Source of the DNA: Octopus bimaculoides
Lineage: Eukaryota
Direction of reading: 5' to 3'
Assembly: GCF_001194135.2 (NCBI RefSeq)
Contig: NC_068994.1
Span: forward strand, 43,586,768-43,650,767
DNA length: 64,000 nucleotides
Shown: positions 26,501 through 39,790 of the stretch, piece by piece
Numbering within the stretch: the first letter of the stretch is position 1
Layout of the letters: every line of letters begins with the position of its first letter
Position numbers and translations under genes: made by a program
Notes under the pieces: model-generated
Seen by the model: only the letters and a program-made list of their open reading frames with translations
Database searches by the model: none
Told to the model about the DNA's origin: nothing

Positions 26501-28718
26501 ATGAATTAAATATTACTAAAATTATATAATAACAAATTATATATACCTCCCAATATAGGTAAATTTGAAAATAATAATAGAGGATAATTTAAAATTAAAA
26601 CTATGTATAGTGTAATTACCCCACCTGGTAATTTTCACGTATAAATACCCACAATTACCTATAAATACCCACAATTACTTATAAATACCCATAATTCCCT
26701 GCTATCTTCTTCCTCAAATCACCATTTTAGTACCAGCAAAAAAAAGGAAGGTAAGTATTTGAATTTTCTTGTTATATATCACATTTAAACACAAACATCT
26801 TTATTCTGATGTTTAATCTTATATCTTTAATGCTTAATTGTATTGCTTATTTTTAAAGGGATGTAAAATTAGATATATAATATTTTGAAATAGAACCTGA
26901 AGATGTGTTGGAATAATTGTAAATCTGACAATTGCATATATGTATTTGTATGTGTGTATACATGGGTATACAGTTGTGTATGTGTATATATATTGTAATC
27001 TTCCAATACTGAAACACTTGTAGTTCCTTCATATTTAATAAATATAGGTATTAACTAAAGTAGGATATAATTAATAAAGTATATTGTACACCCTGCTGGT
27101 ATTTTTGGTTATATCCTTTAAGTATTATTTCATGATGTGCAAAGTGATACCATGAGTTTACTGTCAGATATATTCATTAGGTTATTTTTATATTATCTGA
27201 AACAGAATACCCGCATATCGATTAATCCTAAAAAATTGAATTATATATATATATATATATTTATTTAATTGTTGTTGAAGATTTGATACATAGGTGAGAA
27301 TAATTAGCTATTAGAATATAAATAAATTTTGTTTTCTTGGTTCAATCCCCATGCCTAGTTGCAAGAAAACAAAATAAAATATAAAACATAATCACTGTAG
27401 TCTAACCACAAAAACTAACTTCACAGAGTTGAAACACATTCAGATATGACTTTCTCTACATATTGATTCATAACCTAAATTATATTGGTTCTCTAGTAAT
27501 TAAAATTGAGCAGTCAACCTTGTAACATTGTATTAACTTTATTTTTTGGTAAATTACAATTTCAGATTTAAAAAAGACAAAAAATCATACATGGGATTCA
27601 AAGTCCAATTTATCAGTTACAGTGTAAATATATTAATATTTACTCTTGTAATTGCTTGGGTGATGCTTATTTCTTGTTTTGTAGTCTTAGTTTTTGACAT
27701 GCCAGGGAATCATGACTTGTGGCAATTTGTTTTACTTGAGAAGACATGTCAGACTAAGTAAATTCACAGCCACCCATATGTACAGGCATGTCTTTTATTT
27801 TCATACCCCCACCCAGTCTTTCTCCCAGCTGAGAGGTCTTTGTCTTCCAGGGGCTAGCACTATGTAAAATGCACTCGTGATGGTGCCACATAAAATGCAC
27901 TTGTACTGGCACTATATACAATGTACTCATGCTGATGCCACATAAAATGCATTCATGCTGGTACTACATAAATGCACCCATGCTTATGGCACACTTTCCG
28001 AAATTTTGCAAAATGTTTTCTTTTTTTTTTTTCTTGAAATCATTGTTTAAAATATAGACAGTCCAAATTTTTGGCTTAAATACCAGCAATAGATCATTAA
28101 ATGTGTTTTTTTGGGAGAAAGATATTGGAAAACATTAATGTCAGAGTGACAAACAAACAAGGACAGAATGAGGTGGTTGTGAGAAGTACTAAAGATAACA
28201 GTTAAATACCCCCTTAAATCACACAAACTTTCTTTTTTTTCCTGCATATTCATATGAATTCCCATGTGCAGAACACAAATTCACAAAAATTTTCTGAAAA
28301 TTCTAAAAAATGAAACAAGTTATGAGGTGTTATATTCATAAAGTAGAATTCCTCCATGAATTATACCAAGACACTGTTCCACACTAAGACAATATATATT
28401 TTAAATACACATGCATGTAAATGTATGTTCTCTGTCAATTTTGATGGTGAATTTTCCAGCTGTTTGATTAGTTGATCTGTCTGCTGATTGAATTATAGAT
28501 GTAAGTAGCTGAGTATTCCACAGACATATGTAATTTTAGTGGAATCCTTAGGCAAAATCAGTCTGGCACAGTGTATGATGAAACTATGCTTTTGAATAAC
28601 AAATAGCATTTATCTAACAGATAGCAGTTGGGTTGTCAGATAAATTTGTTCATTTCTTTCCAATGTTACTTGAATTAACATAAAAAGTATTTTTAATATA
28701 GTGTTTTATATATATATA

Positions 28719-28850
28719 TTGGGTCATCCCATAAATAATACATTTTTTAAAATTGCATGAACTAAAAATCGGAAGGGGGCGGGATAAACTACCTGCATCA
28801 ACTTGCTATAAAAGCAGGTAGTAATTTTACCTTGTGCTCAATCTTAGTGC
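28719..28850 (+). mobile_element. Probable mariner/Tc1 5' terminal fragment inserted in a (TA)n
   Basis: TA followed by TTGGGTCATCCCATAAATAA resembles mariner-type termini. No matching right end seen. Confidence 0.4.
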
Positions 28851-29157
28851 AGTACCTTGAGCAGGTATCTTTTGTTATAGCATTTGGCTCACCCATACCT
28901 CATGAATAAGGGTGTGGCTGTAGCTTCAAGAGATTTCATTCTACAAACAACAACTTTATATGTATAAACCATACACATATATATCTCACTCTACCCTTTT
29001 TCCATCCCCCCTTCTTCCCTTTATATACATGTGTGAGTGTGTGCATATATATATATATAATTCCCTCCTATCTGTCAAAAGCACAAGCACTTCCACATAT
29101 GCATACACACAATGAGAACTTTCACCTACCAAATTCAAATGCAAAGCTTTGGTTGCC

Positions 29158-29204
<47 letters not shown>

Positions 29205-30892
29205 CATAAATATACAGGGATTAGCATTGAGTTGCTTCTCCAACATACTGAAAATTTAGAAATAGCAGTCAAAGAACTACTGATTCTAAACTACAAATTT
29301 TTCTCTAAACGGATGGCGATATTTATGGCACACATAGAACAAAAACCGATTTTACCGATAAAGGTTTTTTCATACTGAACTACTTGGCAAAATTGTTAAT
29401 TATTAATTCTATTATTAATTGACGATTCCCTGCCCTTATTCTTGTATATATATATATATAGGTATGTTGGTGCAAGCAAAAAAAAAACAGAACTCAGAAT
29501 ATGAGTATATGTATATTTTTATTGATATTTAGCAGAAGTAACAGAGTGACTCAAGGTCCAAGAGTTTACTGCACAAAACACTCGGACTTTGAATCACTGT
29601 TACTTCGATTAAATAATAATAATAATAATAATAATATACACGCACACAAGTGAGAGAACTAAAGAAAGTAGCAATCAGTACACATAGTTGGAGTTTTCTC
29701 TACATGAGAAACAGGTGGGGCCTTTCAGCCATAGAAAATCGTCTGCTTCAAAGAAATTTGCCTGACCCTTGCAAACCTGGAAACGTGAACGTTAAAATGT
29801 TACTGCTGCTGATGATGATGACGACGTGTTTCTATTCATTTTTTTTTTAAATCCAAAAATTTGGAGGGGGTTAGTGAAATAACTTGTAAACGGATGATTT
29901 GTAACAACATAAAATGTTCTTCCATACAGCTACGATGGGAGGATTAAATTTAGATGTGAACACTTTAAAATAAGAATTCTTATATCAACATAAAATCAGA
30001 GACAATCTCAAGTACGCTTATCTGAAAAGCATTAAATGCGCCCTCGTATCTGCAGGAGTTAATACACTTCACGTAGATAAGATAGATAAATGTAGGGGAG
30101 ACAACTGCGTCAGGGCAATACAGAATAATGATAACAGTAAAAGTAACGCTGGTTGGTCTTCACGATCGAATTTCTGTACAACGATGTTGTTTCACCGAAT
30201 CCATACTAAAAGATTTTCCAGATCCTGAAATAAACGCTGAAATTCAATATTTGTCATCTAATGATATAAGTGGTAGAGACTATTTCAACTTTTCAGAATA
30301 TTTTAGTCCAATGACACACAGCTGTCTCTATGACTAGAATTCACTGATTAAGTGTCCCAGTTTGCCTAATTGAACACCATACTGCATACTCAAATATTCA
30401 GTGATGAATTTTTTAAACGAGTCAATGTAATAGTCTGGACATGTGCCATTCTCTATAGTGTTTAGTCTATTTTTGTCTCTGTTGTTTTTCCTCGTCCCAC
30501 ATCAGCCTTTATTGAGTTGACCAATTATCGCAGACCTTTCAACTAGGATAATTTTTTTTGTTTTATATTTTATCATTCTTGATGTGAAATCGTGTGTTGA
30601 AACAGATATTGTTATACTTGGGGATAGACATATTTTGCCAATTATCGGTAAATAAGGATACATACTACTGAAGGACAAAATGGAATAAGCAGAACAAGAG
30701 GAAACATGGGGGATAGAGAGTTGCTGAAGGTCACAGGAAACTAAAATAATAATAATAAAGCTGAACTGAAGACCAAATATAAAGTGCATGTGATTAATTG
30801 GCAAAATATGACCATCCCCAAATATAACAACAGTTTAATAAAAATTATGATAGAAAAACAGCAGAATTAGTTACAAAAATATAGGATCAATT

Positions 30893-31191
30893 TTATTCAA
30901 CTTTATACAAATGTTTGATACAATAAATAAGGGCAGCAAATTTATCATTATTCCTGAAGTGAGATCTCCACGTAAATTCTGTTAAATAAGAGTTAAATAA
31001 GGCTTTATTATTACTTGAATGTTTACGTTGCAATTGTTTCTTAACTCTTGGCCACATCCTGTCGATATTTTTAGTGTGGATTTCTGGATCGTTTGGATTT
31101 TCATAGTCTATATATTCATGAGTGTATATGCCATGTTCAATCTGGTCAATTTGAAGATATTCAGCCCATATATCTGATACAATATGAGTGC
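30893..31191 (-). CDS. Gene A exon 2: C-terminal half of a Merlin/IS1595 (ISXO2-like) transposase-derived protein (329 aa in total)
   Basis: Acceptor tcattgtAG. Phase-1 exon translates (G)THIVSDIWAEYLQIDQIEHGIYTHEYIDYENPNDPEIHTKNIDRMWPRVKKQLQRKHSSNNKALFNSYLTEFTWRSHFRNNDKFAALIYCIKHLYKVE*. Carries the family SDxWxxY, HTxxI(E)xxW and YLxEFxWR motifs and is conserved in genes B and C. Confidence 0.92.
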
Positions 31192-31683
31192 CTACAATGA
31201 AAATAATGACATTTTATACAGAAATGAAAACTCACATCTACGGAATAATAGATGAAATGAAAATAGTTACAACGGAAAAGCAAAAGCAAATCATACACCA
31301 CGAATATATTGCTGTATCTTAGTGACAACACCTGTTATTAAAACATTAATCATCGCCTATAGAAGCAGTAGCTCATCTTGAAAGAAGGCATCTCTAAGTG
31401 TCGAGTATAGTGTCAACAAGCATATGCAAGTATTACATCATTTTATACAGTTGCTTCACTTTTGGGAGTAAAAATTGGTCAGCATAGTTGTTGTTGAGAA
31501 AGTTTGCAACATACGCAACAGGTAATGTCAGTTATCATTTTTTAAAGGGGATTTTCAAATTTGTCTTTCACTATTCATTTTTTACTGACAAACTTTACTT
31601 CCTCCAAAACAATTGTCAACACCATCTAAGAAATATATTTCTATCTTTGTTTGCTACACTATGACAGAAAACACAGATATCTA

Positions 31684-32109
31684 CCGTAAATACTCGAGTA
31701 TAATCCGCACTTTTTTCTCAAAATTTAATGGTCAAAATTTCTAGTGTGTACTATACACGAGGTTAAAAATGAAAAATATTTTCTAAGCAAAATTTTCTAA
31801 ATGATAAAATATGTAAAGGCAATTTACTTAATATTTATTTTTCACTAACGTTATTCCTGTTATTTCTTTATTTTCTGCAAACAAAGTGCACAAAAAAGCT
31901 ACACGTTTGCATTATGTTATATAAACAATAATAATAAAGAACGTTACTGTATATACGTTTACAAACTAAGGACGTTATATAGACCTCCTTGACTCAAGTT
32001 AGAGAAGGGGTGCGTATTATACACAAGGTTTAGGTTTTTCAGAGGTACAGCCCCCTAAAAATCCCCTGCATATTATACTCAAGGGCGGACTATACTCGAG
32101 GATTTACGG
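31684..32109. mobile_element. Tc2/pogo-like MITE, 426 bp, TA TSD
   Basis: TIRs CCGTAAATACTCGAGTATAATCCGC and CCGTAAATCCTCGAGTATAGTCCGC (2 mismatches in 25), TA on both sides. Absent from the paralogous introns. Confidence 0.9.
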
Positions 32110-32432
32110 TATTTATTTTCCTTCTTCTCGGTTTGTTGATTCAACATTACAATTTTACAATCCTGCTAAGAATGTTAGAGTTAGATACTTAGATACTTAA
32201 ATGAAGATTAATACCTAATGAAATATACTGCCTTTTCTTATGTTCTATTGTTTAGTGGGTCGAGTGAACGATCACTTTTATATAATGTTAAGCTTAATAC
32301 TTACCCCTTGCAATAGATCCTAATGAGACAACTAGTTCTAGAGCCACAGTTAAGATAATCCATTTACAAGCTGGGCCAAGCTGATAAGAAAATAACCTGT
32401 TTGTGTTGGTGCCATTACACAGAATGACTAAC

Positions 32433-32624
32433 TTTGGCATGGTGTACAAAACATGCTGCCTGGTTTAAACCATTTTCGAAACTTTGGATACCTTTTAAAA
32501 AATTGGCTTTGTTACCAGCAATCCTTTCTCTTATTGCCCTATCAGTCAGTATATATTCCAACATTCTGTTCATAGCTTGTAGATCTCTCCAACTAGCATG
32601 GGATTTGGAGGCAACCCAGTGAAA
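32433..32624 (-). other. Candidate coding exon of an unidentified gene (192 nt, phase 0-0) inside the gene A intron
   Basis: ttctgtAG ... AAA|GTTAGT. Open frame FHWVASKSHASWRDLQAMNRMLEYILTDRAIRERIAGNKANFLKGIQSFENGLNQAACFVHHAK looks protein-like, but I do not recognise it. Confidence 0.35.
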
Positions 32625-33129
32625 CTACAGAAGTAATTACTAAAGCATGTCAGAATTTGAAAAGCAATATCTGGTTTCTTTCTCCATTTCACTCAACAAG
32701 TTTTTCTTTTAAACATTATAAAACATGCAAGAATCTATCAGTTCGATAAAGTTGCATCAACTTTCTCTCCATTACTAAATACTAACATAATAATTTAAAT
32801 AAAGTGAATAGTTAAAACTAATGTTCTTTTGCTCACAGACTTTCACAACTTCGAGGAAAAGTTTTACTTCATTCCCATAGCAAAGGTCCTGTAGATTTAA
32901 TTTATATACATTGCCCTACTTCAAACTGCAATTTAAAGTGAGACAACTTTGTAGTAGTGAATATATTTGATCAATATAAATATGTAGCTGCATGTATGTT
33001 TGTTTGTGAAGGGACATTGTTATAAGTGCTTGGTTCATAATAATAAGACTGCAGGTTCAAATCCTGGAGCAGGCATCGCATTGTGTCCTCAAACATTACC
33101 CACTGTTTCAGTCTTTTCTTTTCGTCACC

Positions 33130-33419
33130 CTTTCAAAGCCTAGCCAGGCTCATGGGTCCGGTTTCCCGGTTTCAATGGCGTATGTGTTCCCCCCCCCCCA
33201 GCTAGACGGGACGCCAGTCCATCACAGCGTTACTCAAGAAACAGGAAGAAAGAGTGAGAGAGAGTTGGGGCGAAAGAGTACAACAGGGGTTGCCACGACA
33301 CCCCAGCCGGAGCCTCATGGAGCTTTTTAGGTGTTTTTGCTCAACAAACACACATGACGCCCGGTCTGGGAATCGAAACCGCAAGTCCGCTGCCCTAACC
33401 ACTGGGCCATTGCGCCTCC
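33130..33419 (-). mobile_element. tRNA-derived SINE (GGAGGCGCAATGG head)
   Basis: Same head as 38168-38550, with a different 3' body. Confidence 0.85.
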
Positions 33420-34191
33420 ACATTGTTTCAGTTTACTTAACTGTAAATGAGTACCAGCCCCATGGTGGTGCAGCTCTGTCTCCCACTACCATCACATCCA
33501 GGGCTGCCACAGTGTCAAAAGTGAGAGGGCCAAAAAAGTCTATGTCCACTTGCAACTACATGAATTCCTAAAAGCAAAAGCTTGATACATGTTACCAGGC
33601 CATATTCACTCACAAGTGACAGTTGACTCTGCAATTTCGAAGTATGGGGACTTACATGCTGGACTTAAAGTTTCTGTGTAAACAATAGAATAGTTGCACT
33701 TCTTCAGCTACTGTAAGTCTGATGCCCGCCTCTTTCTCTCTTATCTTTATTGTAGCTATTCCACAGCTTGGATTTGCAACAATGTCACATTAATCAATCA
33801 TTTTTTCAGCATCTGAGTGGTTTGTGATATTGCTTGCAACAATAATTTCTGCTGTTGAATGAAATTTGTTGAGATCCTCTCAAAAATTGTGATAAATGGT
33901 TTGTAAAATAATACTAATGATCTTTCGATAAGTATTTTAAGTGGCCAACAAAAGTTTAAGTTGGCTTCCTGTCAACAAACAATATATTTGACATTTAGTT
34001 CTTCAATTATATACTACCACTAAACTATGAAATCAGTACTTTCAATTTCAAGACTTAGGCTCATAAATTTTAAGATGAATGAATCACTAAATTTGTGCGA
34101 AAAATAAGGTAATGTGTATATAGTTTATGACACACATATATCTATGTGAATGTGTGTGTACTGATACATATACAATCTTTTCTAATGTGAA

Positions 34192-34420
34192 GGTGGTGAG
34201 CTGGCAGAAACGTTAGCACACCAGGCTGAATGCTTAGCGGTATTTCATCTGTCTTTATGTTCTGAGTTCAAATTCCACTGAGGGCGACTTCACCGTTCAT
34301 CCTATTGGGGGGGGGGGTCAATAAATTAAGTACCAGTTGCGTACTGGGACCGATGTAATAGACACGCCCCCTCCCCCAAAATTTCGGGCCGCGTGCCTAG
34401 AGTAGAAAAGAATATTTTCA
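34192..34420 (+). mobile_element. tRNA-derived SINE (GGTGGTGAGCTGGCAGAA family)
   Basis: Similar to 19037-19270. Confidence 0.85.
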
Positions 34421-35326
34421 AATGTGATCTCATTTGAAATAGCTAATTTGTATTATAACCGTAGTCTTTGAAAGATATCAAAATATTTGTAACACTGATT
34501 TAGTGCTTTCAGAAAATGATTCACAATTACCATTTTCTTCTCTATATGATAATTTATGTACTTATACCGAAAGATGACCACATTATGTTTCAATAATTTT
34601 CTAATTAAAAATCTCTTTTCGTTATTCTTTTACCTCGAAATGTATATTCGATAGTTTGGACGGCGATCTCACAGTATAATTTACAGTTTTTATTTTCTAA
34701 AACATAGGCCTTCTTTTCTAGAAAAAGTCATAAAAAGATATGCATTACAAAGAAAGTTAAGAGGACCTAAACTCAGAGGCGGAGCATCAAACTGTAGTTA
34801 TGTCTAATATCGTTTTGATTACTGTTCGACAATTTCTGGTATATGTGCAATTTATGTCTCACGAATCTAGTAGTCCTACTGTAAGTAAAGATAGTGACAG
34901 AAGCCAGCAAAAATGAAAACTACTAAAGTACTGATAAAAAATCAGGAAGGAATAAAAATTGAAGTGGTACGTTATACGCCAAGATCGCCATTTTGATTTG
35001 TATCCGTGTTGACTTAATTGTTGAAATGTCAATTTGGTAAATTTTACTCAGTGTTGTGGAGCGTCTATCAACTGAAACTAAGTGTGTTTTTACTTTGAAA
35101 TTTGAAGTTAAAACTCTGTTGATGATGTTATTCCACAAGTGCTTGTTGTTTCATATAGATACAAGGCCGTTATTATTCATTGACAGAGCGGCGAAAACAA
35201 AACAAAACAAAACAAAAACGATAGGGAGTAACGTAGGAAGGGAACTGGCGAAACGGTATTTTAAGCATAAACTAAGATCTGAAGACAATGTAGATCAAAG
35301 AAAACCATAGATATTATTAATCATAC

Positions 35327-36017
35327 CTGGTAAAATCCATCGGATAATTGCAGCTTCGAAAGCTTCTTTATTTTCATGTTCAATAGGTACAAGGAAACAT
35401 TTGTCAGTGCCACGTTCGATTCCACCGAAAACACAAAATCCTTTTATATGTTTTTCATTAGGCTTAGATCTCGAAAATGTAGTTACATCTATTTCAACGA
35501 CTTTTGGTTCACCTGTCTGCAAATCGAAGCCGCCAATTTCAGGTGGGTCATCTAATTCTTTGGGATGGTCTTCTAGAAACCGTTCTAGTAGTTCTCGGAT
35601 GAGCCGGAACAGATCAATAGTTGACTTCGGACAGACGTTTGTTTCATGGGTCATTTCGGTATGTAGATAATCTCTTGACCACATATACATAAGCCATATG
35701 AATGTTGTCAGCGAGAGATGACTATTCTCAAAAAAAGACCCCTTCCGGATCGATCGAACGAAGTTATGTTTTCGACATCTCCATCGTTTTCCATCGATAC
35801 CTTTCTTGTAGCCGACGATTGTACATGGTTTGTCACAAATGAGACACTTAAAGGAATTGCTTATGAGCTTATATTTCGCCAACCATGAAATTGCTATATC
35901 ATTCGTGGAAGTCTGTTGAAAGAGATCAGAAAATGTCCAAGACTCTTGCCTAATTTTTTCGTCATCAACGATGTCAGTGCATAACAGTTTATAGCTTAGT
36001 CGTTTACCGCGTGACAT
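35327..36017 (-). CDS. Gene A exon 1: zinc ribbon, helical region and first DDE strands of a Merlin/IS1595-derived protein
   Basis: ATG at 36017, 691 nt, ends ...WILPG at the donor CCAG|GTATGA. Motifs CxxC...DGKRWRCRKH, SIRKGSFFE, IGG...VVEID and VFGGIERGT are typical of eukaryotic Merlin/ISXO2 transposases. Confidence 0.95.
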
Positions 36018-36063
36018 CCTATTTTACAAGTGAAATAACAAAAATATTACAAATACAAGCATA

Positions 36064-36102
36064 ATACGAAACTATGGCTTAAAGAAAATATCAGTTTCGT
36101 AT
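36064..36102. promoter_or_regulatory. Conserved inverted repeat ATACGAAACT-N19-AGTTTCGTAT upstream of gene A
   Basis: Perfect 10-bp arms. The same motif is found upstream of B and C. Function inferred. Confidence 0.55.
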
Positions 36103-36530
36103 GAATTAATTTTCATTATCACAAGTCATTCAATGCGACAACAAAACAAAAAAAGTTTTCATTCATTCTAAGTTTGAAATCTGATTAGATATTCTTTCAC
36201 AATCTAGACTGAAAATAGTTCATATTAACTTCTTCAGAAATACAGAACTTAAGTAATTTTCTTGAAACTTTCTTAATTCATTTTCTCTTTTTGTATGAAA
36301 GTATCTATCTTTCGTCGTAATTTAAGTATTTTTAATTCAAAGGTTTACTCTGGCAAATTAAAATGAAAATTGATATTTTAATGTGTATCCTTAATCAGCA
36401 CATCATAATCATCACCATTTTAACGTCTGCTTTTCAATATTTGCATAGGTCACTCAGGGTTTACTGAGGCAGATTTTCTATAACTAGATGCGGCGGACGT
36501 CGGACTTAGGAAGCACCAAGTTGAAATTTC

Positions 36531-37505
36531 GGTCAATATAAAGATCTCCACCCGGGAACAAAAAAAATTAAAAAATAATAATAATAAACCAGCCTAGTGA
36601 GTGTTAACAAGTATGTAGAAAACGAATATGAAAAAAAAAATGCGCGCCGCTGACGACCGTGGGGAGGTGACTTTCGGAAAATTCGCAAGATCCCTTTTTT
36701 CCGTCATAACTTTAGGTAAAATGGATATATATTNNNNNNNNNNNNNNNNNNNNNNNNNNNNNNNNNNNNNNNNNNNNNNNNNNNNNNNNNNNNNNNNNNN
36801 NNNNNNNNNNNNNNNNNNNNNNNNNNNNNNNNNNNNNNNNNNNNNNNNNNNNNNNNNNNNNNNNNNNNNNNNNNNNNNNNNNNNNNNNNNNNNNNNNNNN
36901 NNNNNNNNNNNNNNNNNNNNNNNNNNNNNNNNNNNNNNNNNNNNNNNNNNNNNNNNNNNNNNNNNNNNNNNNNNNNNNNNNNNNNNNNNNNNNNNNNNNN
37001 NNNNNNNNNNNNNNNNNNNNNNNNNNNNNNNNNNNNNNNNNNNNNNNNNNNNNNNNNNNNNNNNNNNNNNNNNNNNNNNNNNNNNNNNNNNNNNNNNNNN
37101 NNNNNNNNNNNNNNNNNNNNNNNNNNNNNNNNNNNNNNNNNNNNNNNNNNNNNNNNNNNNNNNNNNNNNNNNNNNNNNNNNNNNNNNNNNNNNNNNNNNN
37201 NNNNNNNNNNNNNNNNNNNNNNNNNNNNNNNNNNNNNNNNNNNNNNNNNNNNNNNNNNNCCATAACCAAAAACGTAGGATTCCGTAAATAAAATCAATTT
37301 ATATCCATTTTACCGGAAGTTATGACGGAAAAATGGGATCTTGTGAATTTTCCGAAAGTCCCCTCTCCACCCCCAGGGTCTACAGCGCGCATTTTTTTTT
37401 TTTTTTCATATTCGTTTTCTACATACCTGTTAACACCTATCAGGCTGGTTTATTATTATCATTTTTTATTTTTTTTGTTCTCGGGTGAATATCTTTATAT
37501 TGACC
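36531..37505. mobile_element. Long-TIR (~200 bp) fold-back DNA element with GG...CC termini, flanked by GAAATTTC on both sides; centre in a gap
   Basis: ggtcaatataaag...ttatgacggaaa arms are reverse complements on either side of gap 36734-37259. Confidence 0.8.
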
Positions 37506-38167
37506 GAAATTTCTCAAATTTCTCCGTTTTGACGGAGATTTTTCCATGTTTGCCTAGGTCACTCAGGGTTTATTGAAGCAGATTTTCTATAATCAGATGC
37601 AGCGGACGTAGGACTTAGGGAGCACCAACAAGTTGAAATTTCTCCGTTTTAACGGGGATTTTTCAGATTTTTTTCCTGATGCCCATGGAAATGCTCTAGA
37701 CTATGTTTTTAGCAAAAAAAATAAATTTGCGAAAAAGGATGTCGTTTTGTTTTATACCCGTACCCATTGACCGATTTTGGTCGATGATTTTTGGCAGGTA
37801 CTTCACACTTTAAAACTATAGAAGCCTTTTCGGTAAAAAAAAAAAAAAGATTATAGGAGTGAGATTATAGAATACGGTAGATAGAAGAGATGGTTGGAAG
37901 ATATGAAGGTTTGGAATAAATAGACAGCAGTGGTAAGTTATATTATCCCACTATTTTAGAGAGTATTTTAACAAGGTGGTACAGGTATTGCATTTCACCT
38001 GTTGACATGGTCCTCTGTCATCTACTACGGCTGTAGCATCTTAAGATTGTTCTTCATCTCATTCCAGGCCATTTTTTGGTTTTTTCCTCACACAGGTACT
38101 ATTTCTTTTGAGTAGTCAGCTCATACTCATGTAGATATCACTCTTTCTAGCATGCTACATCTGATAC

Positions 38168-38550
38168 GGAGGCGCAATGGCCCATTGGTTATGGCAGCGG
38201 ACTCGCAGTCATAAGATCGCGGTTTCGATTCCCAGGCTGGGCGTTGTGAGTGTTTATTGAGCGAAAACACCTAAAGCTCCACGGGGCTCCGGAAGGGGAT
38301 GGTGGCGAACCCTGCTGTACTCTTCCACCACAACTTTCTCTCACTCTTACTTCCTGTTTCTGTTGTGCCTATATTTCAAAGGGTCAGCCTTGTCACACTG
38401 TGTCACGCTGAATATTCCCGAGAACTACGTTAAGGGTACATGTGTCTGTGGAATGCTCAGCCACTTGCACGTTAATTTCACAAGCAGGCTGTTCCGTTAA
38501 TCGGATCAACTGGAACCCTCGGCGTCGTAAGCGACGGAGTGCCAACAACA
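38168..38550 (+). mobile_element. Full-length tRNA-derived SINE (GGAGGCGCAATGG family)
   Basis: A-box and B-box-like head (tggcccattggtt; ggtttcgattccc), (CAA) tail. Confidence 0.9.
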
Positions 38551-39619
38551 TCTGATACAGATATATGCACACACACACACACACGTGTGTACTGATTGTG
38601 ACTTCTCTAGCTTTTCATAGTCTGTTTCTATCATTTGACCCTGTCAAACCTACATACATTCACTATAGAAACAACAATTACAGCCACTACAAGAATTTTG
38701 AAATTTCATTTCATTGGTCAATTTTGTTTAACATTTTAATTTTCATTAGAAGATGAAATAATCTGACATAGTCAGTTCAATGCTTTCCATTAGTGAAAAT
38801 TAGCCAATCAGTTTCACTCCTCAAAATCTAAGCAAACTCTCATTGGGAAGTCTATCACTTGCTGTTTAAAACACCTAACCCACAAATTTAATCAGTGAGA
38901 TACTAGTGGCCTTAGAAGCTAGGAAACCAGCCTATATTATTTTACTATTCACAAACACTCCCACAATCATTGCCATGATTGTTGCACAAACTTTCTATTT
39001 CTTGCTCACTTTATTCTCAGTGAAATTACACAATAAAAATTCACACACATATTCTCATTTGAAAAATACTCAGTAACTTTCACAAGTAGATAGACAGTGT
39101 TATTTTCCTTTCTTTTCACCTCATACAACACTTTATCAATTTTCTATTACATCAAGGTAAAACGAAGAGCTGTATGTCTTGAAACTTCCCGATCCACTTT
39201 TACCGTTGGTTCTTGGGCAGAATCAGCAGTTTCCATAAATTCAACATTGCATCTATCCAGGTTATCATGAATTTGTGAAATGTATGCTTCGCATTTAGTT
39301 CCTCTGATAGAATAAAAATTTGTTGGGATTCAAATAGCTGTATAACTGGTTTTCTCAAAGTACATCTAATCAAAATATTTTGAAAAATAAAATCCTATCA
39401 GATAAGTTTGTGCTCTGTCACCAGTCATTTATTCTTTGATGAAAATGAACCTTCATGTGAAAATTGTAAAAGTGAATGATCAACCAACCTGTTAAAGAGG
39501 GTAGTAAAGCATCCTCCAACTCACAACCTAAAATCTTACAGAAAAAGGACAGCTTGAGCAATGTGGTCTTGGTGCACTGTCTTGGAAAAAGTGAGAAGCT
39601 ATGTAGCCACTTGACCCCA

Positions 39620-39790
39620 TAGAGATACCTTACGTAAACCCATTTTTACCCCTGGGAAGAAGTGATTCACATCAGTGTGACCTCTATCCTTTGCACTGTC
39701 CAGCATGGGTGGTCCTACTTGTGATCTGCCAGTATAGCTCTGAGGGTCACTGATGGACACAAGCTACCACATTTCTACAAGGGCTAGACC
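39620..39790 (-). mobile_element. RTE-clade LINE 5'-region fragment (probable)
   Basis: Related to 10013-10120. Confidence 0.45.

Noticed and set aside
3981-26700. Short tandem arrays (3981-4035, 10560-10650, 26640-26700) as CRISPR-like arrays
   Set aside because: No unique spacers, eukaryotic context, and no cas genes.
33465-33975. Exon-like minus-strand frames (LQVDIDFFGPLTFD...; ...TVAEEVQLFYCLHRNFKSS)
   Set aside because: The first overlaps a degenerate SINE body. The second has several in-frame stops and no recognisable homology.
38168-38240. tRNA gene
   Set aside because: The tRNA-like head continues into a multi-copy SINE body, so it is a SINE and not a functional tRNA.
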